Source: Patescibacteria group bacterium (GTDB taxonomy: Bacteria > Patescibacteriota > Saccharimonadia > UBA4664). From it: 64,000 nucleotides of DNA. Shown here one piece after another: positions 1 to 9,050 of the stretch. The notes beneath the pieces were generated by a model. That model was not told the origin of the DNA, ran no database searches, and saw only the letters and a list, made by a program, of their open reading frames with translations. The position numbers were made by a program, and so were the translations under genes. Numbering within the stretch: position 1 is the first letter of the stretch; each line of letters opens with the position of its first letter. The stretch lies in contig JAQGHG010000019.1 in the NCBI GenBank assembly GCA_028288925.1, forward strand, positions 72,047 through 136,046. Reading direction: 5' to 3'.

Positions 1-204
1 CACTTCGTAGTATAGCCGGTTGTTCGAACCATCCGACGACACCAGCCCCACCGACAGCAAATTGGCCAATTCCCGTCGCACCGAGTTAATTTGTTCGTCA
101 ATCTTGCGAGTAATCTCACGCACATAAAACGGCCGGCCCGGGTTGTTAAAAAACAAACTCAGGAGCTTTACCCGCGTCTTCGAACCAAAGAGTTGTTCGA
201 CCAT
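1..204 (-). CDS. winged-helix/HTH-type transcriptional regulator, 3' end cut by window edge
   Basis: Own translation of minus strand from ATG at 204..202: MVEQLFGSKTRVKLLSLFFNNPGRPFYVREITRKIDEQINSVRRELANLLSVGLV...; HTH-like spacing; AAGG 7 nt upstream; absent from ORF track because it runs off the window. Confidence 0.4.
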   Translation of the reverse strand, partial: MVEQLFGSKTRVKLLSLFFNNPGRPFYVREITRKIDEQINSVRRELANLLSVGLVSSDGSNNRLYYEV

Positions 205-253
205 GATGTTGCCTTACGAACCTCATTACACTTGTTGCCCAAAGTATACCAGA

Positions 254-314
254 GGGAGGCTCCCGGGGGTAGGGAGGCTCCTGCCGCGAGGAGGCTCCCC
301 GCTAGAGGAGGCTC
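254..314. repeat. tandem array of 4 copies of near-palindromic 9-mer GGAGGCTCC with 8-bp spacers (17-18 bp period)
   Basis: Read directly: GGAGGCTCC at 254, 272, 289, 306; lies between partial regulator gene start and 3' end of mntH. Confidence 0.8.
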
Positions 315-1660
315 CGCAGCAGCGCCACGCCCGCCGCCAGCATCACCGCGAAGCACACCCACAAACCGAGCTGCGACAGCCAGCCGCTGCGGTAGTCGCC
401 CATCACATCCCGCCGCCGCGACACCCGGGCGATCAGGAAAATCAGCGGCACCGCCGCCACCCCATTGAACACAGCGGTAAAGATCAAAGCCTTAATCGGA
501 TCCAGGCCAATAAAATTGAACACCAACCCGGCCAACGTCCCAAATATAATCACAAAGTAAAATTCGCGGGCCTGCTTAAACTTCCGGAACAGCCCCTCGC
601 GCCAGTTAAACGTCTCGGCGATCGCGTACGACGATGACCCGGCCAACACCGGCACGCTCATCAGTCCAATCCCCACCACACCAACCGCGAAAATCACCTT
701 GGCCACGTAGCCGGCATTATTGAAACCATGCACCAACGGCTCCAAGGCCTTGGCCGCGTCTGCCGCCGAATCAATGTTGGTCACCCCGGCTCCACCCAAC
801 ACCACCGCCCCCACCACGATAATGAACCACGCCGTCACATTCGAAAACAACATCCCCAGCGCCGTATCAATCCGCAGCCGCTTCAGGTACGGCTTCGTGA
901 TCCTAGGCACGCCGCCCCGCTGGGCCAGCCGGTGCGCCGCGATTTCGTCCTCCACCACCTCGCTCGTCTGCCAAAAGAACAGATACGGCGAAATCGTGGT
1001 GCCCAAGATCGCCACCACAATGTACAAGAACTCCACATTCAGCTCGATATGCGGCACAAACGTCGCCTTCAGCACCTCCAACCACGGCACATTCACCAAG
1101 AACGCCGTGATGGGGTAAGCCAATAGCGCCACTGCTAACCACTTCAAGATCCGCACATACGTCTTGTACGATACGAGCACCTCGAGCATCAGCATTACTA
1201 CCGCGAAAAACACCGCGAGCAGCGCGAACGGCGCCTTCACGATCAATTGCATACTCGCCGCCATCGCCCCGATATCCGCGCCAATATTGAGCGTGTTGGC
1301 CAGCACTACCAAGAGCACCACCGGGTATAGCACCCACCGCGGATAATGCTCGCGGATCACCGCCGCCAGTCCCTTGCCCGTCACCGCGCCGATCCGCATG
1401 CAAGCCTCCTGCACCGCCGTCATCAACGGGTAGGTAAAAAGCATCGTCCAGGGCATATGGAAGCCAAACTGGGCCCCCGCCTGCGAATACGTCGCTATAC
1501 CTGAGGGATCATCGTCGGCCGCGCCGGTAACAATCCCCGGTCCCAAAATACGCAAAAACCGCCCAAACCCACGCTTATTCGCGTGGCGCTTGGACCCTTC
1601 CGGCGCCTTGGTGGCGTCAAGCTCGGCCTCGGTAATCGCCTCGTCTGGTAACTCAATCAT
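302..1660 (-). CDS. mntH: NRAMP-family divalent metal (Mn2+/Fe2+) transporter
   Basis: 452 aa, polytopic; GPGIVTGAADDDPSGIATYSQAGAQFGF resembles NRAMP signature; multiple TM segments. Confidence 0.85.
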   Translation of the reverse strand: MIELPDEAITEAELDATKAPEGSKRHANKRGFGRFLRILGPGIVTGAADDDPSGIATYSQAGAQFGFHMPWTMLFTYPLMTAVQEACMRIGAVTGKGLAAVIREHYPRWVLYPVVLLVVLANTLNIGADIGAMAASMQLIVKAPFALLAVFFAVVMLMLEVLVSYKTYVRILKWLAVALLAYPITAFLVNVPWLEVLKATFVPHIELNVEFLYIVVAILGTTISPYLFFWQTSEVVEDEIAAHRLAQRGGVPRITKPYLKRLRIDTALGMLFSNVTAWFIIVVGAVVLGGAGVTNIDSAADAAKALEPLVHGFNNAGYVAKVIFAVGVVGIGLMSVPVLAGSSSYAIAETFNWREGLFRKFKQAREFYFVIIFGTLAGLVFNFIGLDPIKALIFTAVFNGVAAVPLIFLIARVSRRRDVMGDYRSGWLSQLGLWVCFAVMLAAGVALLRSLL

Positions 1661-1765
1661 CAGTACCTATAAGCATAAGCACCGTGAGGCCTGTTTGTCC
1701 AGATCAGAACCAAAAAAAGAATCGAGGGGAAACCGGCCGGTAAGCCACCCGAAATTTGTAAAAAG

Positions 1766-2488
1766 CTACCGCGGCCGCCCCGCCGCCACCCGCGCCGCTG
1801 CCAACTCCCGCCGGTCATCCAGCGGCTCCAGCTCGGTCACTTGCCACCGCCGCCGTACCGCCGCCAGCAGCAGGTGGTCCGCCAGCCCCGGATTCTTCGG
1901 CAACACCGGCCCATGCAGGTACGTCCCGATGGCATTCTCGCTCACCGCGCCCTCCTGCCGACTCTTGGGGTTATTCCCGTGACCCTTCCGCACCTCGCCC
2001 AGCGCCGCCTGCCCCGGCTCCAGTATCGTCTGGCCCGAATGATTCTCGAAGCCCACCAGCTCTCCAAAGGGGCTGTCGATCACCACGTTGCCGATCATCC
2101 GCGTCCGGCCGCCAATCGTACTCGCCCGAAACACATCAATCCCCGGAATCTCCTGCCCTTCCAACGTCGTAAACCCGCGCCCAAAGAGCTGATACGTCCC
2201 GCAAATCACCAGCATTGGCACGCCGTCAAACGCCATCTGCCGCAGGTCATTTCCGCGGCTTATCAAATCTTCACCCATAATCAGCTGGCCCGAGTCCTGA
2301 CCGCCCCCGCCGAACACCAGATCCACTTCCCCAAAATCAAATGGCTCCCCGATCTCCACCGGCCGCACCTCTACACCGTAGCCGCGCCACTCCAGCCGCT
2401 TCTTGAGCGTAATAACATTGCCCAAATCACCATAAATATTCATTTCGCGCGGGTATAAATGCGCGATAACCAGCTTTTTCACTTCCAC
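1766..2488 (-). CDS. gatD: lipid II isoglutaminyl synthase, glutamine amidotransferase subunit GatD
   Basis: 240 aa class-I GATase (CobB/CobQ-like) directly downstream of and overlapping murT (2479-2488); ICGTYQ nucleophile region. Confidence 0.8.
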   Translation of the reverse strand: MEVKKLVIAHLYPREMNIYGDLGNVITLKKRLEWRGYGVEVRPVEIGEPFDFGEVDLVFGGGGQDSGQLIMGEDLISRGNDLRQMAFDGVPMLVICGTYQLFGRGFTTLEGQEIPGIDVFRASTIGGRTRMIGNVVIDSPFGELVGFENHSGQTILEPGQAALGEVRKGHGNNPKSRQEGAVSENAIGTYLHGPVLPKNPGLADHLLLAAVRRRWQVTELEPLDDRRELAAARVAAGRPR

Positions 2489-3855
2489 ACCTCCTGCATC
2501 TTAGCCTTGCGCGCCAGCAGCTTGCGAATCGCCAGCATCGCTGTATACGTCGGCAGTATGTAAGCCGTCTCGCCCTGGGGCGTCGCCTGCAGCAGCTCAG
2601 CCAACGCCGCCTCAAACTCCTCTACCACCCGCGCTTCCATGCCCGCGTAATGCAGCCGCACCGCCATATCCGTCGCCCGCACGCCCGTCGCCAGCACCGT
2701 CGGTCCGCTCGTCTCCAACGCTTCCAAAGGCACATCCCACAACCAGCTCACATCGCGGCCATCGGCGTCCAGGTCATTAATCGCGAATAATACCTTCAAA
2801 TCCTTCCGCCCGATCAAAAACGTATCCAGCACCTGCGCAAATCCGGCGGGATTCTTGATCAGCAGCAGGCACAATGTCCGCCCCTCTATCTCTACCTGCT
2901 CCACCCGGCCGAAGGCCGCCTCAGTGCGCTCCAGCGTCCGCGCGACCTTGGCCTGCTCCAGCCCCAAGCCATGCGCCAAGCTCATCGCCGCCAGAGCATT
3001 GTAAAGATTGTACGTACCCGGCAGCGGAAACTTCACCTCGCTACGCTTACCACTCACCGCCACCGTAAAACGCGCGCCTCCCAAGCCCGCCTCTTCCACG
3101 CTCGTGATAGCCACGCTCGGCTGCGGCCGCGCGAAGTGCCCTTTGGGGCACCGGTAATGCCCGATGTGCCCATAAAATACCCGGCTAAACACCAGCCGTG
3201 TCCGGCACACCGGACACCGGTCCGAATCTGTCGCCGTCTGGTGCGCCGTCTTGCCCGCCACCGGCAGCCCCTCCACGCCGAAGTAGTTCACCAATTCCGG
3301 CGCGGCCGCGTACTTGGCCAGGCTCGCCACCAGCGGATCGTCGGCATTCAGATACAGCCGCGCCTTGGTAGCCGCGATCCCCTGGCCGATCAGCGCCGCC
3401 GTAGTATCCAGCTCGCCATAGCGGTCCAGCTGGTCGCGAAACAAATTCAGCACCACAATGTGCTCCGGCAGCAGCTCCGGCGCCACCTGCCGCAAGCTCG
3501 CCTCATCCACCTCAAACAGCCCGATCGTATAGTCCCCCAGCCGTCCGCGCCCATCCGCCGCCGCGATCAGCGCCGAGGTCACCCCGCGCTTCAGGTTCGA
3601 TCCGGTGCTATTGGTAAGCACCCGCTCGCCACCAGCCTCCAGCGCCGCCGCGATCAGCTTGGTCGTGGTAGTCTTGCCGTTGGTCCCGGTCACCACGATC
3701 ACCCCATGCGGCAGCCCAGCCGCCAGCTTCCGGGCCAGATGCGGATCCAGCCGCTCAGCCATCAGCCCTGGCAGCGCCTGCCCCCCACCGCGCCCCAGTA
3801 CCCGGCTCAATCTGGCCGCTGTCTTGGTAATCGCAAGCGTGAGTAGTACTGACAT
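2479..3855 (-). CDS. murT: lipid II isoglutaminyl synthase subunit MurT (Mur ligase family with Cys4 zinc ribbon)
   Basis: GTNGKTTTT P-loop of Mur ligases, CPVC...CPKGH zinc ribbon, DUF1727-like C-terminus; start chosen at MSVLL (GGGGG SD) rather than upstream in-frame extension. Confidence 0.8.
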   Translation of the reverse strand: MSVLLTLAITKTAARLSRVLGRGGGQALPGLMAERLDPHLARKLAAGLPHGVIVVTGTNGKTTTTKLIAAALEAGGERVLTNSTGSNLKRGVTSALIAAADGRGRLGDYTIGLFEVDEASLRQVAPELLPEHIVVLNLFRDQLDRYGELDTTAALIGQGIAATKARLYLNADDPLVASLAKYAAAPELVNYFGVEGLPVAGKTAHQTATDSDRCPVCRTRLVFSRVFYGHIGHYRCPKGHFARPQPSVAITSVEEAGLGGARFTVAVSGKRSEVKFPLPGTYNLYNALAAMSLAHGLGLEQAKVARTLERTEAAFGRVEQVEIEGRTLCLLLIKNPAGFAQVLDTFLIGRKDLKVLFAINDLDADGRDVSWLWDVPLEALETSGPTVLATGVRATDMAVRLHYAGMEARVVEEFEAALAELLQATPQGETAYILPTYTAMLAIRKLLARKAKMQEVWK

Positions 3856-3933
3856 ACCCCCATTATACGTGCGATCCCGCCCGCCCGCGACCATAGGCAA
3901 AAATTGACAAAAATTACGTATATATCGGCCCGC

Positions 3934-4815
3934 CTAACCCCTCGCCAGAAACTCCCGCACTAGTTTGTCCGCCTCGTCCACATCCTCCAGCCACTGGATC
4001 GCCGGATTGCGCTTAAACCATGTTTGCTGCTTCTTCATCAGCGCCATGTCGCCTCGCACAAAATCCGCCACGCCTTCCGCCGCCGATTTCGTTCCCAACA
4101 CTACGTCTTTAAAGGCCCTGTAGCCAATCACATCTAACGCCGCGGAGTCCCAACCATACGTCACGCCAATATGCCGCACTTCTTCAGTAAACCCTCTGCC
4201 AAGCATTTTTTGCACTCTTTGTTCAACTCTAAATTGAATAATTTCTTTGTTCAAAGCTAGTCCCAGCACCAATACTCCCGGCCGCACAGCTTGCCGCCGT
4301 CCGCGCCCTTGCCCGGCTGTTTCAACCGCCCGGATCACCCGCCGCCGGTTCGCTAAATCCACCCGCTCGTAGGCCGCGGCATCCTCCGCCGCCAGCAGTT
4401 CGAGCAGCTCCTCATCGCTCATCGCCTCCAACTGTGCCCGCCGCTCCGGCTCGGCCTCGGCCGGAAACTGGTAATCAAATAGCACCGCGTCCACATACAA
4501 CCCGCTCCCGCCCACCAGAAACGGCAGCTTGCCCCGGGCAACAATATCCGCGATAGCCGCCTCCGCCAGCGTCTTAAACGCCGCCGCGCTCAGCCGCTCG
4601 CCTGGGTCCACCACATCGAGCAGATGGTGCGGCACCCGCGCCCGCTCCCCGGCCGTAGGCTTAGCCGTCCCGATATCCATGCCCCGGTAAATAGTCCGGG
4701 AATCCGCGCACACAATCTCGCCGTTAAAGCGCTCGGCCAGATCCAGCGCCAGATCGGTCTTACCCGAAGCCGTCGTGCCCACGATCGCGATTAGCCTTGG
4801 CTCCGCAGCCTTCAT
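3934..4815 (-). CDS. miaA: tRNA dimethylallyltransferase
   Basis: IAIVGTTASGKT P-loop and LVGGSGLY motif typical of MiaA; ATG overlaps TGA of upstream gene (ATGA). Confidence 0.85.
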   Translation of the reverse strand: MKAAEPRLIAIVGTTASGKTDLALDLAERFNGEIVCADSRTIYRGMDIGTAKPTAGERARVPHHLLDVVDPGERLSAAAFKTLAEAAIADIVARGKLPFLVGGSGLYVDAVLFDYQFPAEAEPERRAQLEAMSDEELLELLAAEDAAAYERVDLANRRRVIRAVETAGQGRGRRQAVRPGVLVLGLALNKEIIQFRVEQRVQKMLGRGFTEEVRHIGVTYGWDSAALDVIGYRAFKDVVLGTKSAAEGVADFVRGDMALMKKQQTWFKRNPAIQWLEDVDEADKLVREFLARG

Positions 4816-5117
4816 TGTTGTGGCCACCACAACAAACTATCAATATCCACCAGATAATCCTCGGCTACTTCCACGCCCTCGGCTCGCAATAATTCCGCCT
4901 GCGCGCTCCGCCCACCATAAAACCCGGCCGCCAGCCCGCCGCGCTTGTTTACTACCCTGTGCCAGGGCAAATTCTCGAGCCCAAAGTGTGCCACGCCGCC
5001 CACCATGCGCGCCGCCCGTGGACTCCCGCACAACGCGGCTATCTGGCCGTACGTCATCACCCGGCCCTCCGGTATTCGCGCCACGTATTCATATACCCGA
5101 TCGGCAAACTCACTCAT
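4812..5117 (-). CDS. alkyltransferase-like protein (MGMT DNA-binding domain with Trp replacing active-site Cys)
   Basis: 101 aa; MTYGQIAA...PWHRVV where canonical O6-alkylguanine transferase has PCHR; Trp variant is hallmark of ATL proteins. Confidence 0.7.
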   Translation of the reverse strand: MSEFADRVYEYVARIPEGRVMTYGQIAALCGSPRAARMVGGVAHFGLENLPWHRVVNKRGGLAAGFYGGRSAQAELLRAEGVEVAEDYLVDIDSLLWWPQQ

Positions 5118-5715
5118 ATGCTGGTTTAAAGCCTCTCACCCGCTCCGCCCACACCGGCGTCGCCTCAATGTATCGCAAGTATCCCAATACCTCGTCTACC
5201 CACGCCGGCGGATTGTATTGCGCCAAGAGCAGTTTGCGTAGGGCGCCAAGGGTCGGGCCGGCTATCAAGTAGCCTGCGATTATGCCGTGCCACAACGCCG
5301 CGTCCTCCGGCCGCACTCCAAAAGTCAGCTCCTCTTCGCGCGTCCGCCACAACCCGGCCGCCGTATCACGCGGATTGCCCGCTTGTTCATACAGCGCCAC
5401 GTCGCTCAGCAATTTCACCGCGTTCGAAAACGGCTTCCAGACATCGTACGAGGGGTCTACCTTGTAGCGCCGCACCCAGACGTTCCATTGCAAATCAAGA
5501 TAGCCATGGAACGCGAACCCTGCCCACCAAGAGCTCTTCTCCGCCAGTACATCCTCAAGCCGCGGCCGACCCGGATGCGTCCGGCTCCGCTCTACCACAC
5601 CCAGCACTCGAATATCCGGAAAAATCGTCCCGGACAAAAATTCCTGCGGTTCATACTCCGGATGGAGGGCCAGAAACCGCTGGGCATGAACGATGTGGGA
5701 AATCTCAGAGGGCAT
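5110..5715 (-). CDS. hypothetical protein (possibly zinc-dependent phospholipase C-like fold)
   Basis: Start taken at MPSEISHIVHAQ 4 nt after thrS stop; H..H, GTIFPDI and HGYLDLQW motifs faintly resemble Zn-PLC family; weak. Confidence 0.5.
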   Translation of the reverse strand: MPSEISHIVHAQRFLALHPEYEPQEFLSGTIFPDIRVLGVVERSRTHPGRPRLEDVLAEKSSWWAGFAFHGYLDLQWNVWVRRYKVDPSYDVWKPFSNAVKLLSDVALYEQAGNPRDTAAGLWRTREEELTFGVRPEDAALWHGIIAGYLIAGPTLGALRKLLLAQYNPPAWVDEVLGYLRYIEATPVWAERVRGFKPAYE

Positions 5716-5719
5716 ATCT

Positions 5720-7573
5720 CTACAATACGCTCTTGGACGCCCGCTCACTCACCTCGCGCCGCAGCGCCGCCGCGAACTCATTCACGCTCAAGTCGCCGTC
5801 AAACTCGCCATGACCCTGGCGTAACCGCGGGCTCACCCGGCCGCTCTCGCGCTCCTTCTCGCCCAGCACCAGCGTGTACGGCACCTTGGCCAGCCCGCCG
5901 GCCCGGATCTTCTTGCCTACACTCTCGGCGGTGGCGTCCACGCCTACGCGCAGGCCCACCGTCTCCAGCGCGGCCTTGAGCTGGTAGGCGTAGTCCATAA
6001 TCTCCTGGGAATCGTTGATCGGCGCGAGCCGCACCTGCTCCGGCGCCAGCCATAGCGGAAACGCTCCGGCGGTACTCTCGATCACCAGCACCATAAACCG
6101 CTCAATCGAGCCCATGATGGCCGCGTGAATCATCACGATTCGCTCGCGCTCACCGGCCTCGTTATTGCAAGTGAGGTCGAAGCCTTCCGGCTGCCCAAAG
6201 TCGAGCTGGATCGTTCCGGCCTGAAACTCCCGGCCCAGCGCGTCGCGGCCCATAAAGTCGATCTTGGGACCATAAAAGGCCGCTTCGCCTGGGCCATCCA
6301 TATACTCCACGCCTTTGCTCTCGATCACCGACTTCAGCTGCGATTCCGCCCGGTCCCACATCGCCTGGTCGCCAATGTAATTATCCATCTTGTCCGGATC
6401 ATGCCGGCTTAGCCGTACTTTGAGATCAACCCCAAACGTCGCGTTCAACTTGTTGATAATATCCCAAATCTTGCCAATCTCGCCCTCAATCTGCGCCGTC
6501 CGGCAAAACACGTGCGCGTCGTCCTGCGTAATCGCCCGCACCCGGCTCAAGCCGCTCAGCTCACCGCTCTGCTCGTCGCGGTATACCACCGCCGTCTCGC
6601 GGTAGCGAATCGGCAGGTCGCGGTAGCTCCGCGTCTGCGAAGCATAGATTTGGGTATGATGCGGGCAGCTCATCGGCTTCATCGCAAACTCATGCCCTTC
6701 GCGGGTCTTAACCTTAAACAGGTCTTCACTAAACTTCTTCCAGTGGCCGCTCTTAATGTAGAGCTCCTTCTTGGTGATATGCGGGGTCGTCACTTGCTGG
6801 TACCCGCCACCAATCGTCTGCCGTAGCTCCTGCACATACTTGTTCAACTCTTCGCGAATTATCGTTCCACGCGGGGTAAACAGCGGCAATCCCGGCCCCA
6901 CCAGGTCCGAAAATACGAACAAGTCCAGTTCCTTACCCAGCTTCCGGTGATCGCGCTTCTCGGCCTCTTTGATCATCTCCAATTGTTTGTGCAGCTCGTC
7001 TTTCGTTGTAAATCCTACACCATAGATCCTCTGCATCATCGGGTTTTTCTCGTTGCCCCGCCAGTACGCTCCAGATACGCGCATCAGTTTGAAGGCCCCT
7101 ACCTTACCCGTGGACTCCACATGCGGCCCGCGGCACAAGTCGGTGAACGGCCCGTCCGAGTAGATGCCCACTTCGTCCACTTTGGCGCCCTCATCCACTC
7201 CCAGCTGCGCCCGGTCAATATCTTTCGCCACCGTCGTGCCGTGTTCTTTGAGGTCGTTCAGGAGGTCCAGTTTGTAGTCCTGCTTTTGCGCCTTGAAGTA
7301 ACTTATGGCTTCATCAAGCCCCATAACCGAGTGTTCAAATTTATAGTTCGCCTTCACAACCTCCTTCATCTTTGACTCTATCTTAGCCAAATCATCGGCG
7401 CCTAGCTTCTGCTCCAGGTCCACATCGTAGTAAAACCCATTCTCCACCACCGGCCCGATCCCAAACTTCACACCCGGGTACAGCTCCTGAATCGCCGTCG
7501 CCATAATATGCGCCAGCGAATGCCGCATCGCGAATAATTGCTTCTCGTTATCGTTCTCTTCGTGCTTACTCAT
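5720..7573 (-). CDS. thrS: threonine--tRNA ligase
   Basis: 617 aa; class II aaRS motifs, editing-domain HxxxH region, MRHSLAHIMA N-terminus typical of ThrRS. Confidence 0.9.
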   Translation of the reverse strand: MSKHEENDNEKQLFAMRHSLAHIMATAIQELYPGVKFGIGPVVENGFYYDVDLEQKLGADDLAKIESKMKEVVKANYKFEHSVMGLDEAISYFKAQKQDYKLDLLNDLKEHGTTVAKDIDRAQLGVDEGAKVDEVGIYSDGPFTDLCRGPHVESTGKVGAFKLMRVSGAYWRGNEKNPMMQRIYGVGFTTKDELHKQLEMIKEAEKRDHRKLGKELDLFVFSDLVGPGLPLFTPRGTIIREELNKYVQELRQTIGGGYQQVTTPHITKKELYIKSGHWKKFSEDLFKVKTREGHEFAMKPMSCPHHTQIYASQTRSYRDLPIRYRETAVVYRDEQSGELSGLSRVRAITQDDAHVFCRTAQIEGEIGKIWDIINKLNATFGVDLKVRLSRHDPDKMDNYIGDQAMWDRAESQLKSVIESKGVEYMDGPGEAAFYGPKIDFMGRDALGREFQAGTIQLDFGQPEGFDLTCNNEAGERERIVMIHAAIMGSIERFMVLVIESTAGAFPLWLAPEQVRLAPINDSQEIMDYAYQLKAALETVGLRVGVDATAESVGKKIRAGGLAKVPYTLVLGEKERESGRVSPRLRQGHGEFDGDLSVNEFAAALRREVSERASKSVL

Positions 7574-7575
7574 AA

Positions 7576-7893
7576 TTACTCCTTACTCTTCTCGTCATGC
7601 ACTCGCACGTGATGACCATTATGCTCCACATACTGACGCTTCTCGTTCTTTTCCAGTTTGGCCGCCACCTCTTGCTCCAGATCAACGTCCAACATCCGTG
7701 CCAGGCCCACCACAAACAACATTACATCAGCCAATTCTTCGCCAACGTCCGGTTTGGCTTTACGATGGGCTTCGTACGCCTCGGCCAATTCTGCATAAGT
7801 ATAGTTAAACTCACGCTCAATATTAGTCGTATTAAAGCCCCTGGCCACTTTATTGGCCCACACGCGCTCCTCTAGCTCCTTCATATATCCCAT
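7576..7893 (-). CDS. MazG-like nucleotide pyrophosphohydrolase (small NTP-PPase)
   Basis: 105 aa all-alpha with EExxE(L)xDxxxF pattern (GEELADVMLFVVGLA); 3 nt after thrS start, same strand. Confidence 0.65.
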   Translation of the reverse strand: MGYMKELEERVWANKVARGFNTTNIEREFNYTYAELAEAYEAHRKAKPDVGEELADVMLFVVGLARMLDVDLEQEVAAKLEKNEKRQYVEHNGHHVRVHDEKSKE

Positions 7894-8109
7894 AAGTCAC
7901 TCCTTATATAACCAAACAACGCGCTATTACTAGCGCGTCTGGACCCACGAATGTGGGCGGTTCCACCAGACTTCCTTGGGAATTGCCCAAGACTCTCATC
8001 GGAGCCGGCGTACGCCACCGGCAGCGGGGCTGGCAGGTTGGTGAGGCCCGCGTCAAAACGCCCTATTCGAATGCTGTGATTATATCACGACCACGGACAA
8101 TTCAGACTC

Positions 8110-8598
8110 TTAGTGCTTCCAAAACTGCCACCACGGAGCCTTGGCTGGGACTTCGCCCGGCTGGACAGGAGCTGCTTGGGCGGCATCAGCCGACTGCTGC
8201 ACAGCAGCAGAGGGCGCGGACGGTACGGCTGGAGCCGCTACGGGCTCACTACTAGCGGGCGCCGCTTCTGGCGCTGTGGGAGACGGAGTCACCGGGGCGG
8301 CCGGTTCTGAGTCGGGTGCGGGCGCCGGGTCGGGCACGACTACAGGCTCCGGATCGGGAACAACAACGGGATCGGGGGCGGGATCAGCAGCCGGGGTGGC
8401 CTCTTCGGCCTTCTCTTCTGCCGGTTCTTCCGGTTTTATATCGTCTGCCGGCTCAGATTTGGGCGGTTCAGAGACAGTTGCCCCACCTGCCTCGGCCGCG
8501 GCCTGCTTAGCCGCCTCTTCGGCGACTCTCGCGAGCTCTTCTGGACTGGTAGCCGAACTGCTAGCCTCGGGCTGCTTGATAGAATCAACGTCTGGCAT
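8110..8598 (-). CDS. low-complexity Pro/Ala/Glu-rich protein
   Basis: Start at MPDVDSIK with AAGGAG SD; repeats PDPVVVPDPEP/PAPAPDSEP; C-terminal WWQFWKH. Confidence 0.5.
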   Translation of the reverse strand: MPDVDSIKQPEASSSATSPEELARVAEEAAKQAAAEAGGATVSEPPKSEPADDIKPEEPAEEKAEEATPAADPAPDPVVVPDPEPVVVPDPAPAPDSEPAAPVTPSPTAPEAAPASSEPVAAPAVPSAPSAAVQQSADAAQAAPVQPGEVPAKAPWWQFWKH

Positions 8599-8743
8599 TA
8601 TTTTGTTGCTCCTTTTTTGTTTTTGGACCTTAATGGACAAACCATAGCATAAGAGCTTTAAAACTTCAAGTGCCTTATTTTTACCCACAAAAAAGCCCGC
8701 TATTCCGCAGGCCTCTTCAGACTAATCGCGTCAAAATAATTGC

Positions 8744-8820
8744 TGGTGGATCCTAGAGGACTCGAACCTCTGACCCCCTCAACGTCAATGAGGTGCTCTA
8801 GCCAACTGAGCTAAGGATCC
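8744..8820 (-). tRNA. tRNA-Val (anticodon GAC)
   Basis: Hand-folded cloverleaf: GGATCCT acceptor, anticodon loop TTGACGT, TPsiC GGTTCGAGTCC, encoded CCA. Confidence 0.85.
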
Positions 8821-8932
8821 GGGCGTTACAAGTGCATAATATACTGCAATTCACCGTCAAAGGCAATGAGGGGCTTTTCTCTCTACTCAAAATAAGCTAT
8901 TATCTCCTGGTTAGACCCGCCCATTACACCAT

Positions 8933-9009
<77 letters not shown>

Positions 9010-9023
9010 AAGCATTTATACGT

Positions 9024-9050
9024 AAAAAGAGACCTCTAGGTCTCTTTTTA
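9024..9050. terminator. bidirectional rho-independent terminator
   Basis: AAAAAGAGACC-TCTA-GGTCTCTTTTT: 7-bp stem, A-run 5' and T-run 3'; between tRNA-Val(+) and convergent minus-strand hydrolase gene. Confidence 0.75.

Noticed and set aside
254-314. GGAGGCTCC arrays as CRISPR arrays
   Set aside because: The unit is only 9 bp with 8-bp spacers and 3-4 copies. There are no cas genes. The geometry is wrong for CRISPR.
91-637. Plus-strand ORFs 91..468 and 143..637, and similar Arg/Pro/His-rich alternative-frame ORFs (e.g. 5287..5979, 13110..13760, 14080..14862, 22897..23424, 27136..28443, 56617..57897, 62218..62907)
   Set aside because: They are typical high-GC shadow ORFs. They have extreme R/P/H/A composition and no motifs, and they overlap strongly supported genes on the other strand or frame.
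1661-1765. Mn riboswitch (yybP-ykoY) in the 105-nt leader of mntH
   Set aside because: No recognisable conserved helices or motif. Only the NotI-like palindromes GCGGCCGC/CCGGCCGG were seen.
7950-8109. Possible structured ncRNA (SRP/6S/RNase P) in the 200-bp gap between the MazG-like gene and the PA-rich protein gene
   Set aside because: Local hairpins exist (CTTGGG-AATTG-CCCAAG) but none of the conserved motifs of known housekeeping RNAs could be recognised by eye. Left unannotated.
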